The notes beneath the pieces were generated by a model, which saw nothing but the letters and a program-made list of their open reading frames with translations, did no database searches and was not told where the DNA came from. This document shows, piece by piece, positions 59,201-64,000 of a DNA stretch of 64,000 nt. The stretch's first letter is position 1. Every line of letters begins with the position of its first letter. The translations under genes were made by a program, and so were the position numbers. This DNA is from an uncultured Candidatus Binatia bacterium (lineage in GTDB: Bacteria > Desulfobacterota > Binatia > UBA9968 > JAJDTQ01). The stretch covers positions 2,752,001-2,816,000 of the forward strand of contig OZ219754.1 in NCBI GenBank assembly GCA_964291295.2. Reading direction: 5' to 3'.

Positions 59201-59266
59201 GCTGCCGTGCGGGTGCCGTACGGGTGCCGTGCGGGTGCCATATTGGTACCGTGTTGGTGCCGGGTT
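59201..59266. repeat. Degenerate 11-bp tandem repeat, about 6 units
   Basis: GCTGCCGTGCG GGTGCCGTACG GGTGCCGTGCG GGTGCCATATT GGTACCGTGTT GGTGCCGGGTT. Confidence 0.75.
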
Positions 59267-59369
59267 CGTGTCCGACACGAGGCCGCGGATGTCCGGCATA
59301 CCGGACGAAGAGCCGGGCCTGGCTGCCCACCAGCCGCCTCCCGACCGCGGGCCGCCGGGCTCTTCGCCA

Positions 59370-59663
59370 TCACGAGGAGCGTTTCCGGCGGGGGGCCGTT
59401 GAAGCGCGAGGCGTCCGGCGGGGTGCGCCGCTTCGGGAAGCCAGCTTCGATGCAGGCCGTTTCCGCCGCCAGAGCTTGGCCTTCCCCCGCCGCCACCGGG
59501 AGCGGATGGCCGCCGTGACGGCCTTCGCCGTGACCCAGACGACCGCGGAGGCGACCCATACCGGCAGGCTGGCTTGAAGGATCAACCCCCGGTCGCGATA
59601 GAACAGGAAGCAAAGCAGGGTCCAGAAAAAGCTGAGCCAGATGAGCGCGATGGCCGACCGCAT
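59370..59663 (-). CDS. Hypothetical small membrane protein (2 TM plus basic tail)
   Basis: Two hydrophobic segments; co-oriented 40 nt downstream of the molybdopterin subunit gene. Confidence 0.5.
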   Translation of the reverse strand: MRSAIALIWLSFFWTLLCFLFYRDRGLILQASLPVWVASAVVWVTAKAVTAAIRSRWRRGKAKLWRRKRPASKLASRSGAPRRTPRASTAPRRKRSS

Positions 59664-59702
59664 GGTTTCATGAGGGGCGGGCCGAGAGCCGGCCCGCGGG
59701 TT

Positions 59703-61988
59703 TCAGGAACCTTCGGCCCCGGCGTTTCTCAGCGCCCGCCACACCCGCTCCGGCGTCAAGGGGAGTTCCTGGATGCGGACGCCCGTGGCCCGGGCCACGG
59801 CATTGCAGACCGCGGGCGCCACCGGGATGATGCCGCCCTCCCCCATCCCCTTGGCTCCGTAAGGCCCGGGGCCGTCGCCGTTCTCCAGAAGGCACGATTC
59901 GAACGTACGCGGCATGTCCCGGAACCCCGGCACCCGGTAATCCACCAGATTGGGGTTGAGGGGCTGTCCCTCCGCATAGACCAGGGATTCGAAGAGGGTG
60001 TGGCCCATGGCCATGACCGCGGCGCCCTCGTCCTGTCCTTCGGCCTGACGCGGATTGATGGCCTTGCCCACGTCCGCCACGCTGGCATAGCACTGGACGG
60101 TCACCTCGCCGGTGTCGCGGTCCACCGCCACCACCGCGCCGCCGATGCCCACTTCCCAGAAGATCGGCAGGACCGGCGAGATGCCCCCGCCGGCCCGCAC
60201 GTAGCCGCGCCCGATGAGCTCGCCGCCGGGCATGCCGAAGTAGCCGGCCACCACCTCGGCGTAGTCACGCCGGGCTTCGCCGCACCAGGCGGCACCGTCC
60301 CTCAGGATCACGCGCCGCCGGTCCACGTTGAACTGCTCCGCCGCGATGGCCTCGATCTGGCGGCGGACGTCGGCCGCGGCAAACTTCACCGCGGTTCCCA
60401 TGACCGTGGTGGAACGGCTCGCGCCGGTGGATCGGTCGAAGGGGGTCGTATGGGTATCGGTTCCGCGCAGCAGGACCCGTTCGAGCGGAACGCACAACTC
60501 TTCGGCCGCGATCTGACTCAGCACCGTGCGCACCCCCTGTCCCACCTCGGTGCTGCCAGCCATCACCACCACGTTGCCGTCGCTCAGCAGACGCACGATG
60601 GCGGTGGACACGGGGTTGGCCTCGCTGTCGGTGATCCCGACGGCGAGGCCGGCGCCGGCACCGGGCCCGGACGAACCGGCATCCCGGATCATCCCGGCCA
60701 CCATGGCGAGCCCCTGTCGCAGGTCGCCGTCGATGCCCCGGGAACCGGGCCGGATCGCCTCGTCACGACCGAGCAGGTGTTCCAGCCGGTACCGCAGAGG
60801 ATCCAGGCCCAGGGCCCCGGCAATGCGGTCCATCTGCGCTTCCACCGGCCACACGGACTGGGGTCCGCCGATGGAACGCATGGAGCCGGCTGGCACCGAG
60901 TTGGTGTAGACGCCGTAGCTGTCGGAGCGGAAGTTGGCACAGCGATAGGCTCCGTGAACCCGCAGTACCGCCCGGGCCACCACCCGGGGGCCGTTGTCGG
61001 CGTAGGCGCCGGTGTCAAGATGCATCTTGACCTCCCGTGCCACGATGGCGCCGTTGCGCTTGACGCCGGTCCTGATCCGGCAGCGGGCGGAGTGGCGCCG
61101 GGCGGTCAGCATGGACTCGGTGACGGAGTGCTCCAGACGCACCGGCCGTCCCCGGGTCTTCCGCGCCAGCGCCACCACCAGCGGTTCGATCTTGAGGTAG
61201 GACTTGCCGCCGAAGGCCCCGCCCACGTAGGGCACCACCACCTGGACGTCGGCCATGGAGAGACCGAAGAGGCGCGCCAGTTCCGACCGGATGAGAAAGG
61301 GATGCGCCGAGGCCGACCACAGCGTCACCCGCCCATCCTGAAACCGCGCCGCGGTGGTATGGGGCTCCATGGAATAGTGGCACACCATGGGAAAATGGAA
61401 GACGTCATCGAAGACCACGTCGGACTCCGCAAAGCCCCGATCCACGTTGCCCAGTTCGATGTGTTCGTGGTGGCAGATGTTCGGATGCTCCCGGTCGTCC
61501 GACAGGTTGACGTCGTGAAAGTCCCCCGAACCGGCTGCCTGCGCGTGCAGCACCGGCGCGTCGCCGGCCAGGGCCTCGTCCAGCGTGCCGGCGTACGGAA
61601 GCTCCTCGTATTCGACCTGGATGAGGGAGACGGCCTCTGCCGCCGCCAGCCGGTCCCGGGCGGCCACCGCGGCCACGGGCTCGCCCACGTAGCGGACCCG
61701 TTCCATGGCCACGATGGGGCGGTCGCGCAAGCAGTGGCCATAGTAGGGATCCAGATCCCGCAGGTCGTCCCGGCACAGGACGGCCGCCACCCCCGGCACC
61801 TTGAGGGCCGCGCTCACGTCGATGGAACGAATGCGCGCGTGTGGAAAGGTGCTTCGCAGCACCCGGGCGTCGAGCACCCCGGGGATGTCCAGGTCCGCCG
61901 AGAACCTGGCCCCGCCCGTGACCTTCTCGACACCTTCGATGCGGTTGCGGCCCTTGCCGACGACTTCCATCCGTTTCGTCCCGTCCAT
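59703..61988 (-). CDS. Xanthine dehydrogenase family molybdopterin-binding subunit
   Basis: KVTGGARF, RYVGEPVAAV, MEPH, VGGAFGGK, TGAYA, EVGQG, GKAINP, GPYGAKGMGE. Confidence 0.93.
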   Translation of the reverse strand: MDGTKRMEVVGKGRNRIEGVEKVTGGARFSADLDIPGVLDARVLRSTFPHARIRSIDVSAALKVPGVAAVLCRDDLRDLDPYYGHCLRDRPIVAMERVRYVGEPVAAVAARDRLAAAEAVSLIQVEYEELPYAGTLDEALAGDAPVLHAQAAGSGDFHDVNLSDDREHPNICHHEHIELGNVDRGFAESDVVFDDVFHFPMVCHYSMEPHTTAARFQDGRVTLWSASAHPFLIRSELARLFGLSMADVQVVVPYVGGAFGGKSYLKIEPLVVALARKTRGRPVRLEHSVTESMLTARRHSARCRIRTGVKRNGAIVAREVKMHLDTGAYADNGPRVVARAVLRVHGAYRCANFRSDSYGVYTNSVPAGSMRSIGGPQSVWPVEAQMDRIAGALGLDPLRYRLEHLLGRDEAIRPGSRGIDGDLRQGLAMVAGMIRDAGSSGPGAGAGLAVGITDSEANPVSTAIVRLLSDGNVVVMAGSTEVGQGVRTVLSQIAAEELCVPLERVLLRGTDTHTTPFDRSTGASRSTTVMGTAVKFAAADVRRQIEAIAAEQFNVDRRRVILRDGAAWCGEARRDYAEVVAGYFGMPGGELIGRGYVRAGGGISPVLPIFWEVGIGGAVVAVDRDTGEVTVQCYASVADVGKAINPRQAEGQDEGAAVMAMGHTLFESLVYAEGQPLNPNLVDYRVPGFRDMPRTFESCLLENGDGPGPYGAKGMGEGGIIPVAPAVCNAVARATGVRIQELPLTPERVWRALRNAGAEGS

Positions 61989-61991
61989 CGC

Positions 61992-63119
<1,128 letters not shown>

Positions 63120-63370
63120 CTATGGATATCGGCGCCGGGTCTCCAGGTTACGGGATCCGCCGGGCGAGCCGGCACTGTCGCGTCTTCCGCCTCACGCACC
63201 GTCGTCATTCGAGCTCTCGGACACCCTGGTTCCTGCGGCGGTTCCGGTCTTCCCGCTCCAAGGGCATCGACCATCCTCCGGCTCCGGAGTTCCGGCTTTC
63301 CGAAGCGGCGGGGCGGCTACCTCGTCCACGGCCGCCGTCGCCGCCACGCGCCCCCGCAGTCGGGCCAGGG

Positions 63371-64000
63371 TCAGCATCCCGGCCCGGGAGGCTTCGAGAC
63401 CCGCGCCTCCGGCTCCGCCAGGGTGAGCTGTCCGGGGGTGCGCAGGCGGCGGTCGATTTTCGGCGGCAGGGGAAGCTCCGTGCTTGCGGCGCCCAGTTCC
63501 CTGAAACGCCTGGCCGCCGGAAAGAGACGGCTCTCCAGCGAGCCCACGGCGTCGTTGTAGGCCCTGACGGCATTCTCCAGGCCGCTTCCGGCGCGCTGAA
63601 AATGCTCCACGAACCTGGCCAGGCGGTCGTGGAGCTCCTTCCCCTGTTCCGCGATCTCCCGGGCATTCTCCGCCACCTTGTGCTGCTGCCAGCCGTAAGC
63701 CACGGTCTTCAACAACGCCAGCAGCGTCACCGGGGTGGTGGGCAGCACGCGCTGCCGCATGGCGTACTCGAGCAGGTCGGCATCTTTCTCGAAGGCCGCG
63801 CTCAGGCAGGCATCGTTGGGGACGAACATGACCACCATCTCCGGAGCGCGCTCGAACTGCTCCCAGTACCGCTTCTGGCTGAGTTCGCGAATGCGCCCGC
63901 GGATGGCGCTGGCGTGCTCCTTGAGTTTGACCTCGCGGTGCGTGCCGTCGCCATCCTCCAGTGCCTCCAGATAGGACTGCATGGGCGTCTTGGAATCCAC
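63371..64000 (-). CDS. rmuC: DNA recombination protein RmuC, 5' end outside the window
   Basis: VDSKTP, LSQKRYW, VVMFVP, TPVTLLALL, YNDAVGSLESR. Confidence 0.92.
   Translation of the reverse strand: MDSKTPMQSYLEALEDGDGTHREVKLKEHASAIRGRIRELSQKRYWEQFERAPEMVVMFVPNDACLSAAFEKDADLLEYAMRQRVLPTTPVTLLALLKTVAYGWQQHKVAENAREIAEQGKELHDRLARFVEHFQRAGSGLENAVRAYNDAVGSLESRLFPAARRFRELGAASTELPLPPKIDRRLRTPGQLTLAEPEARVSKPPGPGC

Overview
High-GC bacterial chromosomal segment. Gene content (UbiD and amidohydrolase paralogs, LLM oxidoreductase, thiolase/OB-fold pair, Calx-beta/FN3 autotransporter, TbpB-like lipoprotein, many decayed IS) suggests an uncultured Deltaproteobacteria/Binatota-like, possibly host-associated organism; this is inference only. 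Most of the window is housekeeping or metabolic: sppA, arfB, rhomboid, pcs, gloB, amrB, tRNA-Arg(CCG), a purine ABC transporter with a phosphoribosyltransferase, comF, tldD/tldE, grxC, asmA, recD2, frmA and rmuC. There are three accessory patches. (1) 17.9-19.7 kb: an autotransporter pseudogene cut by an ISAs1-type remnant. (2) 24.8-29.9 kb: an intact autotransporter and a decayed defence-island remnant. (3) 41.2-49.8 kb: an IS-rich zone holding a TbpB-like lipoprotein gene with a C19 tract and an Rpn gene. The most interesting signals are: the apparently phase-variable lipoprotein plus an orphan copy of its promoter; a DUF4338 (DruA/Mom-like) domain fused to two different transposase families, with the full-length copy carrying a catalytic Glu-to-Gln change; a candidate ~410-nt structured transcript with a near-consensus promoter, a uORF and a terminator at 35.2-35.65 kb; a divergent 3-hydroxyanthranilate dioxygenase-amidohydrolase-small protein-UbiD cluster; and an Rpn gene with an internal RBS/ATG. 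No CRISPR array or rRNA was seen. All calls come from reading the sequence; no database search was run.
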